DNA from: Paraphysomonas bandaiensis
Lineage: Eukaryota > Protista > Chrysophyceae
Length of the DNA: 64,000 nucleotides
Direction of reading: 5' to 3'
NCBI GenBank assembly: GCA_965644295.1
Contig: CBFFRP010000409.1
Coordinates: 1 to 64,000 of the forward strand
Below the pieces are notes generated by a model, which worked only from the letters and a program-made list of their open reading frames with translations, was not told the DNA's origin and ran no database searches. Below are positions 63,182 to 64,000 of the stretch, in pieces. Position 1 is the first letter of the stretch, and each line of letters opens with the position of its first letter. The position numbers and the translations under genes were made by a program.

Positions 63182-64000
63182 TGTTGTGATTATTAGAGTG
63201 TAAGTAATGAACACGATAGAGTGAAAATTATGAATAACAATATAGAACGTACTATCATGCACAACGGAATAGTTAGAAGTGTAACTGATAATGACGACGT
63301 TATGATGACGATCACGTATCTTCGACAGATACTCTCTCTAATTCAGTTCATGGTATATTTCATTGAACATTATAACTCACAGATACAATCATGTATTAAG
63401 CTGAATCCTAATACGCCCCCTCAATGAAATAATCAGTGAATCGTAGATAATAGAGAGAATATGAACTTATGCACACTGAGAGTAAAAACCAGAGTAGCAG
63501 TCACTAGTCAATAATAAGCGAACTGCAGAGATGCCATATTGTGAGACCATCCTTCTAGTCCAGCATCATGTATTGAATAAAAATAAAAAAAATGGTAAAA
63601 ACTCCGTGTAACTCAAACTAGCCACCTAGGTCGCTTGTGGCTTGTTAATTGTGATTTAGGTGTCTCTGAGGTTGTTGATCGCTTTCTGTTGCTGCTGGAT
63701 GGGATGTCGAACCCAGCTCCCCCCATCAATGTAGTTCGCAATTGAAGAAAATTAGTTGTTCCTAGTGGTTTCGTGAGAAGATCGGCTAACATTGACGTGG
63801 TGGGAATATGGTCAACAGTCAATTGGTTTTCGGCAATATTTTCTCGAATGAAATGATACCGTATCGCAATATGTTTCGTACGACGATGATGAGTAGGATT
63901 GTAGCATAATTGGACTGCCCCTTTATTATCGCACCAAATAGTTGTTGAGAATGGAAGTTTGAAACCAATTTCTGATAATAAAGAGCGTAGCCATAATGCT
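63182..64000 (-). mobile_element. 3' end of a second Copia family (RNase H, PPT, probable LTR 63182-63413)
   Basis: HHRRTKHIAIRYHFIRE...MLADLLTKPL; PPT TGAGGGGGCG at 63414-63423; LTR begins TA rather than TG; left boundary tentative. Confidence 0.8.

Overview
Eukaryotic nuclear DNA from a compact protist genome: standard code, very short (about 45-60 nt) GT-AG introns, and genes mostly in head-to-head pairs. A stramenopile such as a chrysophyte is my guess from gene style, not a proven assignment. The first 2.6 kb is an AT-rich, intronless, virus-like segment (49-aa-repeat protein, NUMOD4-HNH-AP2 endonuclease, palindromes) abutting a Copia PPT+LTR remnant. Host genes: a ~3,100-aa IP3 receptor/RyR-family Ca2+ channel, two mitochondrial membrane proteins, MSH2, an MFS/Sec14 fusion, a 2OG-Fe(II) oxygenase, a MAP3K, an HMG-box protein, a tandem-CH protein, a LYR protein, a thioredoxin-like protein, an F-box/ankyrin-like repeat protein, SWC4/DMAP1, a HAD-FAN1 fusion, a Cys-rich protein, an SVOP-like MFS, eIF1 and NMNAT. 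Mobile DNA: one full-length young Copia element, other Copia pieces, a structured short retroelement family and MITEs. Top finding: after splicing two tiny introns, the IP3R-like channel contains a complete S1-S4 voltage-sensor domain, with nine basic residues at i+3 spacing in S4, inserted in a variable cytosolic loop in addition to its normal 6-TM pore. It is a candidate voltage-coupled Ca2+-release channel in one polypeptide. All calls come from reading motifs by eye; no database searches were run.
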